From positions 5,050-69,049 of the forward strand of contig CAWGKS010000017.1 of assembly GCA_963823235.1 (NCBI GenBank): 64,000 nucleotides of DNA, given 5' to 3'. Numbering within the stretch: the stretch's first letter is position 1; every line of letters begins with the position of its first letter. Source of the stretch: an uncultured Gammaproteobacteria bacterium. Lineage in GTDB: Bacteria; Pseudomonadota; Gammaproteobacteria; Steroidobacterales; Steroidobacteraceae. Below, one piece after another: positions 44,364 to 52,799 of the stretch. The translations under genes and the position numbers were made by a program. The notes under the pieces are model-generated. The model saw nothing but the letters and a program-made list of their open reading frames with translations, did not search any database and was not told the DNA's origin.

Positions 44364-45822
44364 CGTGGGCTTCCTGCTGCTGCTCGGCTGTCCCCTGGCA
44401 GGCGCCGCGGTCCTGGGTATCTGGGGTCATCGGCGCTGGGCGCCCGATGTCAATGTGATTTTCAGCCTGGCAACTTTCGGGGCGGCGTGCGCGGTCACTG
44501 CCCGGGTCATTGCGCATGGCAATCTGCTGGTAGCCCACGAGCAGTTCTTCATTGACCCATTCAATGTGTTTCTGGTCACGCTGACCTCGTTCGTGGCACT
44601 CACGACCTCATTGTTCTCACGTCCCTACATGCGTATCGAGGCGGCTCATGGACGCCTGAGTCCGGGGCGCCTGCGGCTCTATCACAGCATGTATCAGCTG
44701 TTCATCTGCGCAATGCTGCTGGCGCTGACCACCAACAATCTCGGCCTCATGTGGGTGGCCATGGAGGCCGCCACGCTCTCGACCGTGCTGCTGGTGACGC
44801 TCTACCGCACCCCGGCGAGTCTGGAAGCCGGCTGGAAATATTTCATACTTTGTGGCGTCGGCATCGCGCAGGCGCTGTTCGGCACCATGCTGGTGTACTT
44901 CGCTGCCGAGAAGATACTGGGCGGCGCGGGTGTCACGGCATTGCTGTGGACGCATCTGGATGTCGTCAAGACGCAGCTCGAGCCCAGGGTGCTGAGTCTC
45001 GCGTTCGTGTTCCTGCTGGCCGGCTACGGCACAAAAGTGGGACTGGTGCCGCTGCACAACTGGTTGCCCGATGCGCATGCCGAAGGTCCTACGCCTATTT
45101 CCGCCGTGCTTTCCGGCCTGCTGCTCAATGTGGCGATGTATGCCGTGGTCCGCTGCAAGATCCTGGTAGAAGGCTCGCTGCAGTCGGCGCTGCCCTCGCA
45201 CATGCTGATGGGCTTTGGCCTGACTTCGGTGGTCGTGGCCTCCCTGCTGCTGTGGCGACAGCGCGATATCAAACGACTGTTCGCCTACTCGTCCATCGAA
45301 CACATGGGCATCATCACTTTTGCCTTTGGCATGGGTGGGCCGGTGGCGAATTTCGCGGCGCTGCTGCACATGACGGTGCATTCGCTGACCAAGTCGGCGA
45401 TCTTCTTCACTGTCGGGCATGCCTCGCAGAAGGCAGGATCGCAGCTCATCGAGAATATCCGTGGCCTGCTTACCCTGAGTCCGGCAATTGGCTGGGGCCT
45501 CATGCTCGGTTCGCTGGCGATTCTCGGCCTGCCGCCATTCGGGGTGTTCGCCAGTGAGTTCCTGATTCTCACCACGGCCATGAAAGACCATGCCTGGGCA
45601 ACGCCGATACTGCTGGTGGCGCTGGGCGTCGCCTTTGCGGCGATCTTCGGCAAGGTGCAGCCGATGGTGTTCGGTGAAACGACGGTGCGGCGCCTGCCGC
45701 ACGCGCCCGCGCTGCTGCCGGTCTTCGTGCATCTGGGTCTGGTGCTGATGCTGGGCATCTACGTGCCGCCATACCTTGCCAACTGGTATCGCGAAGCGGC
45801 GCTACTGATCGGAGGTCACTGA
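44356..45822 (+). CDS. HyfF/HyfD-like (NuoM/N-type) antiporter-like membrane subunit; EhrD-like
   Basis: 488 aa. ...GTKVGLVPLHNWLPDAHAEGPTPISAVLSGLLLNVAMY... GTG 44365 is a possible alternative start, since the spacing to the GGAGG is better. Confidence 0.85.
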   Translation: MSSVGFLLLLGCPLAGAAVLGIWGHRRWAPDVNVIFSLATFGAACAVTARVIAHGNLLVAHEQFFIDPFNVFLVTLTSFVALTTSLFSRPYMRIEAAHGRLSPGRLRLYHSMYQLFICAMLLALTTNNLGLMWVAMEAATLSTVLLVTLYRTPASLEAGWKYFILCGVGIAQALFGTMLVYFAAEKILGGAGVTALLWTHLDVVKTQLEPRVLSLAFVFLLAGYGTKVGLVPLHNWLPDAHAEGPTPISAVLSGLLLNVAMYAVVRCKILVEGSLQSALPSHMLMGFGLTSVVVASLLLWRQRDIKRLFAYSSIEHMGIITFAFGMGGPVANFAALLHMTVHSLTKSAIFFTVGHASQKAGSQLIENIRGLLTLSPAIGWGLMLGSLAILGLPPFGVFASEFLILTTAMKDHAWATPILLVALGVAFAAIFGKVQPMVFGETTVRRLPHAPALLPVFVHLGLVLMLGIYVPPYLANWYREAALLIGGH

Positions 45823-45823
45823 A

Positions 45824-47368
45824 GTGCCGCTGGCCCGCTGGTGGTCGAAGGCGCAGCCTGTGCCTGGCAGCACTGGTGCAGCGGAGCTGCTGGTTGATGC
45901 AACCCTGTGGATAGAGGTGGCGCGCGATATTGCGGCAGCCGGCGGTCAGCTGGCGGCCTTGTGGGGTACTGCGAGTGACGGCGCCGGCGAGCGCGCCACC
46001 ATGCGTGCCGCCTATCTGGTCCAGGCGCGCTTGCTGGTGGTGACGCTGCCCGTGACCGATATCACTCAGCCCGCTCGCAGCCTGCATGAACTGTTTCCCG
46101 CGGCCCTCAGAATGCAGCGCGCGGCCTTCGACCTGTGCGGCATCCGTAGCGCCGCGCCGGATCAACGACCCTGGCTGCGCCATGCCGCCTGGCCCGCATC
46201 GTGGCACCCGCTGCAGTCCACGACCACGCAGCCTGCGATCGTCGCCAACTCGATCGACGACTATGAATTCGTGCGCGTCGACGGCGACGGCGTTCATGAG
46301 ATCGCCGTCGGGCCTGTGCACGCCGGAATCATTGAGCCCGGGCACTTTCGCTTCTCGGTCGTGGGCGAGAAAGTGTTGCGTCTCGAGCAGCGGCTCGGCT
46401 ACGTGCACAAGGGCATCGAACGCCGCTTCACCGAAATGGCGCTTAGCGGGGCACAGCGCCTGGCAGCGCGTATCTGCGGTGATTCCGCCGTGGCGTTCTC
46501 CTGGGCCTACTGCCAGGCGGCCGAGGGGCTGATGCAGATTCAGGTGCCGTCTCGCGCACTCTACCTGCGCGCGCTCGCGCTCGAGCTCGAGCGCCTGCAG
46601 AATCACCTCGGTGATCTTGGTGCCCTGGGGAACGATGCTGGTTTTGCCTTTGGCCTCACACAGTTCTCCATGTTGAAGGAGCGACTGCTGCGCGCCATGG
46701 TGGCCGCGCTCGGGCAACGCTATCTGTTCGATTGGCTGGTGCCCGGCGGGGTCGCGAAAGATGTCGAAGCGCCGCGCCTGGCTGAGCTCGCCGCACTCAC
46801 CCATGAGATTGCCGGCCGGGTCCACGAGCTGCGACAGGTCTACGAGGAGCATTCCGGGGTGCGGGATCGCTTTGTCGGCGCCGGGCAGATAGCCCCGGAG
46901 CTCGCGCAGCGGCTTGGCCTCACCGGCCTCGCCGGGCGTGCCAGCGGCCAGGCCTTCGACCTGCGCGCCGATCAACCGTGGCCGCCGTACGATCAGCTTG
47001 GCGTAACGAAATGTGTCCGCCACGAAGGCGATGTCGCCGCGCGTGTGGCCGTGCGCTTCGACGAGCTGCACGAGACCTGTGTGCTGATCAGCCGGATTGC
47101 CCGGGAACTGCCAGCCGGGGCAGTGCAGGTGAGTGCCGCTGCGCCGATCACCGCAGGCCTGGCGGTGGGTCTCATCGAGGGCTGGCGTGGACCAGTATTG
47201 CTCGCACTGCAGGTCGGTGCTGATGGCGCCATTGTGCGCTGCCATGCACATGATCCTTCCTGGCAGAACTGGCCGGCGCTCGAGCATGCCATCATCGGCA
47301 ATATTGTCCCGGATTTTCCCTTGATCAATAAATCGTTCAATCTTGCCTACAGCGGGCACGATCTCTAG
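45824..47368 (+). CDS. NuoC-NuoD fusion / HycE-HyfG-like 'large subunit' lacking NiFe cysteine ligands; EhrL-like
   Basis: 514 aa. Conserved GPVHAGIIEPGHFRFSVVGEKVLRLEQRLGYVHKGIE. The L1 site reads RICGDSAVAF (expected RxCGxCxxxH). The C-terminus reads SFNLAYSGHDL* (expected DPCxxCxxR/H plus extension). Confidence 0.85.
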   Translation: MPLARWWSKAQPVPGSTGAAELLVDATLWIEVARDIAAAGGQLAALWGTASDGAGERATMRAAYLVQARLLVVTLPVTDITQPARSLHELFPAALRMQRAAFDLCGIRSAAPDQRPWLRHAAWPASWHPLQSTTTQPAIVANSIDDYEFVRVDGDGVHEIAVGPVHAGIIEPGHFRFSVVGEKVLRLEQRLGYVHKGIERRFTEMALSGAQRLAARICGDSAVAFSWAYCQAAEGLMQIQVPSRALYLRALALELERLQNHLGDLGALGNDAGFAFGLTQFSMLKERLLRAMVAALGQRYLFDWLVPGGVAKDVEAPRLAELAALTHEIAGRVHELRQVYEEHSGVRDRFVGAGQIAPELAQRLGLTGLAGRASGQAFDLRADQPWPPYDQLGVTKCVRHEGDVAARVAVRFDELHETCVLISRIARELPAGAVQVSAAAPITAGLAVGLIEGWRGPVLLALQVGADGAIVRCHAHDPSWQNWPALEHAIIGNIVPDFPLINKSFNLAYSGHDL

Positions 47369-47374
47369 GACATC

Positions 47375-47905
47375 ATGCTGAAGACTTTGCGCACCATCGC
47401 CGGCATCGGCATCGTTACCGAACCGGTTCCCGCCACCGACGAGTCGCTGCGGCTGTGCGACCAGCTGCAGGAAAATATCCGCACGGTCATTGGCCGCGCC
47501 CTGTGCATCCGTCATGTCGATGCGGGCTCGTGCAACGGCTGTGAACTCGAGATCCATGCGCTTGGCAACCCGATGTACAACATTGAAGGCTTAGGGATAC
47601 GCTTCGTCGCCAGCCCCCGTCATGCCGACCTGCTGCTGGTCACCGGGCCGGTCTCGCGGCATATGGAAACGGCGCTGCAGCGCACGTACACCGCCACTCC
47701 TGATCCAAAGCTGGTCGTGGCGGTCGGCGATTGCGGTTGCACGGGCGGCATTTTCGGAGAGAGCTATGCCAGCGTCGGTCGCGTCGCCAACCTAATCCCG
47801 GTCGACGTGCAGATTCCAGGTTGCCCGCCCACGCCGCTGCGCGCTGTTGCAGGGGATATTGACGGCAATCGCGAAAAGCCCGCAGGCCGCGGGCGTCACC
47901 CTTAA
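47375..47905 (+). CDS. NuoB/HycG-like small subunit with intact [4Fe-4S] cysteines; EhrS-like; last ~20 codons probably frameshifted
   Basis: DAGSCNGCELE, VAVGDCGCTGG and IPGCPPTP are all present. After GCPPTPL the alternative frame reads ALLQGILTAIAKS...* (stop at 47912). That matches the NuoB/HycG GCPPxPxALLxGIL pattern better than the called tail RAVAGDIDG... Confidence 0.8.
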   Translation: MLKTLRTIAGIGIVTEPVPATDESLRLCDQLQENIRTVIGRALCIRHVDAGSCNGCELEIHALGNPMYNIEGLGIRFVASPRHADLLLVTGPVSRHMETALQRTYTATPDPKLVVAVGDCGCTGGIFGESYASVGRVANLIPVDVQIPGCPPTPLRAVAGDIDGNREKPAGRGRHP

Positions 47906-47932
47906 GTCCTGATCGGTTTCCCCGCCCGGCGC

Positions 47933-48277
47933 TCAGCGCCTGGCGCGGGATGCCGGCGCGCCCCATAGCTGCGCCTGGCTGGCAAAGCGCTGCGCCATAT
48001 GGCCGCAGACCAGATCACACAACTGGTACACGCGCGGGTCGGCGATGCGATAGAAAGCGTTGGTGCCCTGCGCCGAGCGATCCACCAGGCCGTGACGCAT
48101 CAGCGTTGCCAGGTGCCTGGAAATATTGGCCTGGCTGGAATCGAGCAGCTCGGTGAGCTCGCCAACATTGCGCGCTTTTTCGCGCAAGCCGTTCAGGATC
48201 CTGAGTCGCATAGGTTCCGAGAGGGCCCGAAAGTATTCGGCAACGTGGCCCAGTGCCTGATCGTCCAGTGCCTTCAT
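47933..48277 (-). CDS. ArsR/SmtB-family transcriptional regulator
   Basis: ...FRALSEPMRLRILNGLREKARNVGELTELLDSSQANISRHLATLMRHGLVDRSAQGTNAFYRI... is a winged HTH. C-terminal CDLVC pair. Start set at ATG 48277 within ORF 47933..48346. Confidence 0.85.
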   Translation of the reverse strand: MKALDDQALGHVAEYFRALSEPMRLRILNGLREKARNVGELTELLDSSQANISRHLATLMRHGLVDRSAQGTNAFYRIADPRVYQLCDLVCGHMAQRFASQAQLWGAPASRARR

Positions 48278-48298
48278 AGGTATATATCTCCAATTGCA

Positions 48299-48320
48299 TA
48301 TATCGCTATAGAACGATATA
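48299..48320. promoter_or_regulatory. candidate ArsR operator: perfect 7-bp inverted repeat TATATCG-N8-CGATATA in the divergent promoter region
   Basis: Read directly in the AT-rich 68-bp gap between the arsR-like start (48277) and the MFP start (48346). Confidence 0.45.
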
Positions 48321-48345
48321 GTAAGGCAAGCACGGAGAGTTTGCA

Positions 48346-49350
48346 ATGAAGTCGTGGTTTGCAGTTTGTGTTACGGGAGTCCTGCTCAGTCCGTTGGCCG
48401 GGGCCGCACCACCCGGCACGCTTACGGTACGCGCCGAGGCTGCCAGTGAGCGCTATTCAGCCACGGGCACCATCGAGGCCGTAAGGCAGGGCACGCTTGG
48501 TGCGCAGGTCTCAGGTCGCGTCATAAAAGTGCTGGTGCGCAACGGCGACGCCGTCAGGGCGGGCCAGCCACTGATACAGATTGATGCGGGTGAGTCCGGA
48601 GAAGCGGTGCTCGCCAGTAGCGCGGCGGCACGTGGCGCTGCCGCGCGGCTGGTCAGCGCACGTGCGGACTTTGCGCGCTCGCAGCGGCTGCAGGCGCAGG
48701 ACTACCTCAGTACCGCTGCCCTGCAACGCGCCGAGGCGGCTTTGGCCTCAGCCGAGGCCGAGGCTCAGGCCACTGCGGCCCAGGCGCAGGGCGCCCGTAC
48801 GCGGGCCGCCTGGCACACCGTGACCGCGCCTTATTCGGGCCGTGTCACAGATCTCTGGGTAAGCGCCGGGGATCTGGCGACGCCGGGTATGCCGCTGCTG
48901 GCGCTCTATGATCCGGCCGCTCTGCGCGTGATCGCGCAGTTGCCTGAATCGCTGGCGGCGCGGGTCCAGTCGGACCAGGTGGCCCAGCTGGCAGTCGCTG
49001 ATGCCGCACCGATTGCAATCGCCTCCTGGCGGGTGATTCCCGCCGTTGATCCCGCGACCCATAGTGTCGAGGTCCGGGCGGAGCTGCCGGAGGGGAGTGG
49101 TTTCAGGCCGGGGCAGTTCGCCAGGCTGCTGTTGCCGCTGCAGGACTCCACTTCACAGTTGCGCATCCCGCTCAGCGCGCTTGTGAGGCGCAGCGAAGTC
49201 GTGGGTGTCTACGTGGTCGAGGCCAACGGTGCCGCGCATCTGCGCCAGCTGCGGCTCGGTCCGGTGAGCGGCAATTCGGTGACGGTGCTGGCGGGACTCC
49301 AGGCCGGTGAGCAGATCGCGCTCGATCCCGTGGCCGCCGGGAGACAGTAG
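48346..49350 (+). CDS. RND efflux membrane-fusion (periplasmic adaptor, HlyD-family) protein
   Basis: 334 aa with a signal peptide. Lipoyl-like and coiled-coil (Ala/Gln/Arg-rich hairpin) segments, followed by beta-barrel segments. Lies immediately upstream of the RND pump. Confidence 0.8.
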   Translation: MKSWFAVCVTGVLLSPLAGAAPPGTLTVRAEAASERYSATGTIEAVRQGTLGAQVSGRVIKVLVRNGDAVRAGQPLIQIDAGESGEAVLASSAAARGAAARLVSARADFARSQRLQAQDYLSTAALQRAEAALASAEAEAQATAAQAQGARTRAAWHTVTAPYSGRVTDLWVSAGDLATPGMPLLALYDPAALRVIAQLPESLAARVQSDQVAQLAVADAAPIAIASWRVIPAVDPATHSVEVRAELPEGSGFRPGQFARLLLPLQDSTSQLRIPLSALVRRSEVVGVYVVEANGAAHLRQLRLGPVSGNSVTVLAGLQAGEQIALDPVAAGRQ

Positions 49351-49358
49351 GAAATCCC

Positions 49359-52300
49359 ATGGGTGTCGCTGGACGCATTGCCAGGTATTTCCAGTCCGCG
49401 CGCATCACGCCGCTGCTGGCGCTGGTGGCGTTGCTGATGGGCCTGTTCGCGGCCCTGGTGACGCCGCGTGAAGAAGAGCCGCAAATCAATGTGACCATGG
49501 CCAATGTGCTGATTCCCTGGCCTGGCGCCTCGGCGCGGCAAGTGGAGCAGTCAGTTGCAGGTCCTGCTGAGCAGGTGCTCGGGCAGATGGCGGGTCTCGA
49601 ACATGTGATGTCGGTGTCGAGGCCTGGAATCGCCATCATCACGGTGCAGTTCAAAGTCGGCGTGCCCAGGATCGAGGCACTGGTTCGTCTCTACGACACG
49701 ATCAATTCCAATCGCGACTGGCTGCCCGCCGGGCTCGGTGTCGGGGAACCGATTGTCAAACCCAAGGGCATCGATGATGTCCCGATACTGACGGCCACTC
49801 TTTACGACCAGCGGCCCGGCAGTGGCGGCTTCGAACTTGAACGCATTGCCCATGCCATGGAGGCCGATCTCAAACGCGTGGCGGGAACGCGGGAAGTCTT
49901 GACCATCGGCGGGCCAAAGCGCGCGATCAACATCGTTCTCGATCCGCAGGCGCTGCGCGCCGTGGGCGTCACGATCGCGGATCTGCGCCGCACCCTGCAA
50001 TCGGTCAACTCAGGGTTGCCGGCCGGCAATATAGTCAGTGGCGATGAAGCCGTGGCGATCGACGGCGGCGGGCTGCTGGAGAACGCCGATGCGGTGGCCG
50101 ATCTCGTCGTCGGCGTGCACGCCGGACGTCCGGTGTTCCTGCGTGACATTGCCCACATCAGTGACGGCGCGCCACCCCCCGAACACTATGTCTGGTACGG
50201 CACGGCGGGCCAGCATGCCGCCGAGTTTCCGGCCGTGACCCTGAGCGTCACCAAGAAGCCCGGCGAGAACGCCGTGGCTGTCACCTCACGCCTGCGGGCC
50301 CGCATCGCCGAACTGCACAACACCGTGATTCCCGAGGGAGTGGGCGTGGAGATCTCGCGCGACTACGGCGCGACGGCCAACGAGAAGGCCGTCAAACTCA
50401 TCGAGAAACTGCTGTTCGCTACCACCGCGGTCGTGGCACTGGTGTTCTTCGCGATGGGCCGACGGGAAGCGGCCATCGTCGGCATTGCCGTGGCCCTGAC
50501 GTTGACGGCAACCCTGTTCGCTTCCTGGGCCTGGGGCTTTACGCTCAATCGCGTCAGCCTGTTCGCGCTGATCTTCTCGATCGGCATCCTGGTCGATGAT
50601 GCCATTGTGGTGGTGGAAAACATTCATCGTCATCTGCAGCTCACGCCCGGGCGCGCGCTGAGCGAGATCATCCCCGAGGCCGTGGATGAAGTGGGCGGAC
50701 CGACGATCCTCGCGACCTTCACTGTCATCGCGGCGCTCCTGCCGATGGCCTTCGTCGGCGGTCTGATGGGCCCCTATATGGGCCCGATCCCCATCAATGC
50801 TTCCATGGGCATGCTGATCTCGCTGGCGGTGGCATTCGTGCTGACGCCGTGGCTCGCGCGGCTGTGGTTGCGGCCGGTTGCAGGCGCTGCTCACTCAAGC
50901 TGGTCGGCGCGCCTCGAGCCCGGATTCCGGCGCCTGTTCCTGCCGTTTCTGGATCCGCTGCACGGGCAGCGCAATCGCCGGCGCCTGTGGGCGGGAGTAG
51001 GGGTGATGATTCTGCTGGCCATCGCCCTGCCTGCGATCCAGTGGGTAGTGCTCAAGATGCTGCCCTTCGACAACAAGTCGGAATTTCAGGTGGTCCTCGA
51101 CATGCCGGCTGGAACGCCGCTCGAGCGCACGGCCTCGACGCTGGCCGACCTGAGTCGCTACCTCGCGCAGGTTCCGGAAGTAAGTAATTACCAGGTGTAC
51201 GCCGGTCTTGCGGCGCCCATAAACTTCAATGGCCTCGTGCGGCAATACTACCTGCGCTCAGGCGGCACCCTGGGGGACATCCAGGTGAATCTCGTGGACC
51301 GGAACAGGCGCAGCGATCAGAGCCATGCGATCGCCGAGCGGCTGCGTCCGGCGCTGGCCACAATTGCGCGTCGTCATGGCGGCATCGTCAAGGTGGTCGA
51401 GGTGCCGCCGGGTCCACCAGTACTCGCGCCTATCGTTGCCGAGATCTACGGCCCGGATGACGCGGGTCGATTGCGGGTTGCGCAGGCGGTGCGCACTGCG
51501 TTTCTGCGTGCGCCGGGCATCGTCGACGTCGACGCCTCGTATATTGCGCCGGCGCCGCGCCAGCTGGTGTCAATCGACCGGCCGAAGGCCGCGCGTCTGG
51601 GCGTCAACGACGCCGATATCGTGAGCACATTGCGGGCAGGCATCGCCGGTGAGGATGCGAGCTACCTTGAGGATGCAAGCAAGTATCCGGCGCCGCTGCG
51701 TCTGCAACTACCCGACAGTACGCACGGCAGCCTCGATGCCGCGCTGAGCCTGGGCGTGCGCGCCGCCAACGGTGCGCTGGTCCCGCTCGGTTCCCTGGTC
51801 GAGGTGCACAACACTTCGGTCGAGCAGCCGCGCTTCCACAAGGATCTGCTGCCACTGGTGTACGTCACGGGTGACATGGCGGGCAAGCTCGATAGCCCGC
51901 TTTACGGGATGTTTGCCATGCGCGGGGCGATTGGCCGGATCGTGGCACCGGATGGCGGCGGCATCACCGAGTACTTTGTTCGCCAGCCCTCCGATCCCTA
52001 TCGTGGCTACGCGCTCAAGTGGGACGGGGAATGGCAGATCACCTATGAAACCTTTCGCGACATGGGTGCGGCCTATGCGGTGGGTCTTATCCTGATCTAC
52101 CTGCTGGTAGTGGCCCAGTTTGGCTCCTATGTCACGCCGCTGATCATCATGGCGCCGATTCCGCTGACGATTCTTGGTGTGTTGCCCGGCCACGCCCTGC
52201 TGCGCTCGCAGTTCACCGCTACCTCGATGATTGGCATGATCGCGCTGGCTGGAATCATCGTGCGCAACTCGATCCTGCTGGTCGACTTCATCAATCTGCA

Positions 52301-52574
52301 GCTGGGCGCGGGCGTGGAGTTCCGCGAGGCCGTGATTCGCTCGGCCGCTACGCGCGCGCAGCCGATCGTGCTCACCGCCCTGGCCGCGATGCTGGGCGCC
52401 TTTTTCATCCTCAGCGATCCCATCTTCAACGGGCTGGCGATTTCGTTGATCTTCGGCATCCTGGTCTCGACCGTCCTGACCCTGGTCGTGATTCCACTGC
52501 TCTATTACGCCGTGTATCGCCACGCGCATCCCATTCCTCAACCGCCACCTGTCCTACCGGAGCAAACACCATGA
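49359..52574 (+). CDS. RND efflux permease (AcrB/CzcA superfamily)
   Basis: 1071 aa with 12 TM segments in 1+5/1+5 arrangement and two large periplasmic loops. Conserved ...SIGILVDDAIVVVENI... and ...GIIVRNSILLVDF... Confidence 0.9.
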   Translation: MGVAGRIARYFQSARITPLLALVALLMGLFAALVTPREEEPQINVTMANVLIPWPGASARQVEQSVAGPAEQVLGQMAGLEHVMSVSRPGIAIITVQFKVGVPRIEALVRLYDTINSNRDWLPAGLGVGEPIVKPKGIDDVPILTATLYDQRPGSGGFELERIAHAMEADLKRVAGTREVLTIGGPKRAINIVLDPQALRAVGVTIADLRRTLQSVNSGLPAGNIVSGDEAVAIDGGGLLENADAVADLVVGVHAGRPVFLRDIAHISDGAPPPEHYVWYGTAGQHAAEFPAVTLSVTKKPGENAVAVTSRLRARIAELHNTVIPEGVGVEISRDYGATANEKAVKLIEKLLFATTAVVALVFFAMGRREAAIVGIAVALTLTATLFASWAWGFTLNRVSLFALIFSIGILVDDAIVVVENIHRHLQLTPGRALSEIIPEAVDEVGGPTILATFTVIAALLPMAFVGGLMGPYMGPIPINASMGMLISLAVAFVLTPWLARLWLRPVAGAAHSSWSARLEPGFRRLFLPFLDPLHGQRNRRRLWAGVGVMILLAIALPAIQWVVLKMLPFDNKSEFQVVLDMPAGTPLERTASTLADLSRYLAQVPEVSNYQVYAGLAAPINFNGLVRQYYLRSGGTLGDIQVNLVDRNRRSDQSHAIAERLRPALATIARRHGGIVKVVEVPPGPPVLAPIVAEIYGPDDAGRLRVAQAVRTAFLRAPGIVDVDASYIAPAPRQLVSIDRPKAARLGVNDADIVSTLRAGIAGEDASYLEDASKYPAPLRLQLPDSTHGSLDAALSLGVRAANGALVPLGSLVEVHNTSVEQPRFHKDLLPLVYVTGDMAGKLDSPLYGMFAMRGAIGRIVAPDGGGITEYFVRQPSDPYRGYALKWDGEWQITYETFRDMGAAYAVGLILIYLLVVAQFGSYVTPLIIMAPIPLTILGVLPGHALLRSQFTATSMIGMIALAGIIVRNSILLVDFINLQLGAGVEFREAVIRSAATRAQPIVLTALAAMLGAFFILSDPIFNGLAISLIFGILVSTVLTLVVIPLLYYAVYRHAHPIPQPPPVLPEQTP

Positions 52575-52783
52575 CTACCTGGCAACTTACCCGTGTCATC
52601 GCCGGATCATTCATCCTGCTGTCACTTGCGCTCGGCGTGCCGGGCAGTCCGATTTTCCACAGCAGCTACTGGTTGTGGTTCACGGCATTCGTCGGCGTGA
52701 ACCTGCTGCAAAGCGGCCTGACACGCTGGTGTCTGATGGAACGCATGCTGCGCAGACTGGGCCTCCGCGCCAGCAGCGATTGA
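52571..52783 (+). CDS. DUF2892 (YgaP C-terminal-domain-like) two-helix membrane protein
   Basis: 70 aa. ...RVIAGSFILLSLALG...WLWFTAFVGVNLLQSGLTRWCLMERMLRRLG... matches the DUF2892 pattern (conserved FTGxCP-like TRWC). Its start overlaps the RND stop (ATGA). Confidence 0.65.
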   Translation: MTTWQLTRVIAGSFILLSLALGVPGSPIFHSSYWLWFTAFVGVNLLQSGLTRWCLMERMLRRLGLRASSD

Positions 52784-52799
52784 GAGCGGCACAGCTATC

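Noticed and set aside
40742-47905. A functional hydrogenase-4 / formate hydrogenlyase (hyf/hyc) operon
   Set aside because: The large-subunit homologue lacks three of the four NiFe-binding cysteines (RICGDS..., ...NLAYSGHDL*). It also has no C-terminal maturation extension. No hyp, hycI, fdhF or HycB/F-type genes are present in the window.
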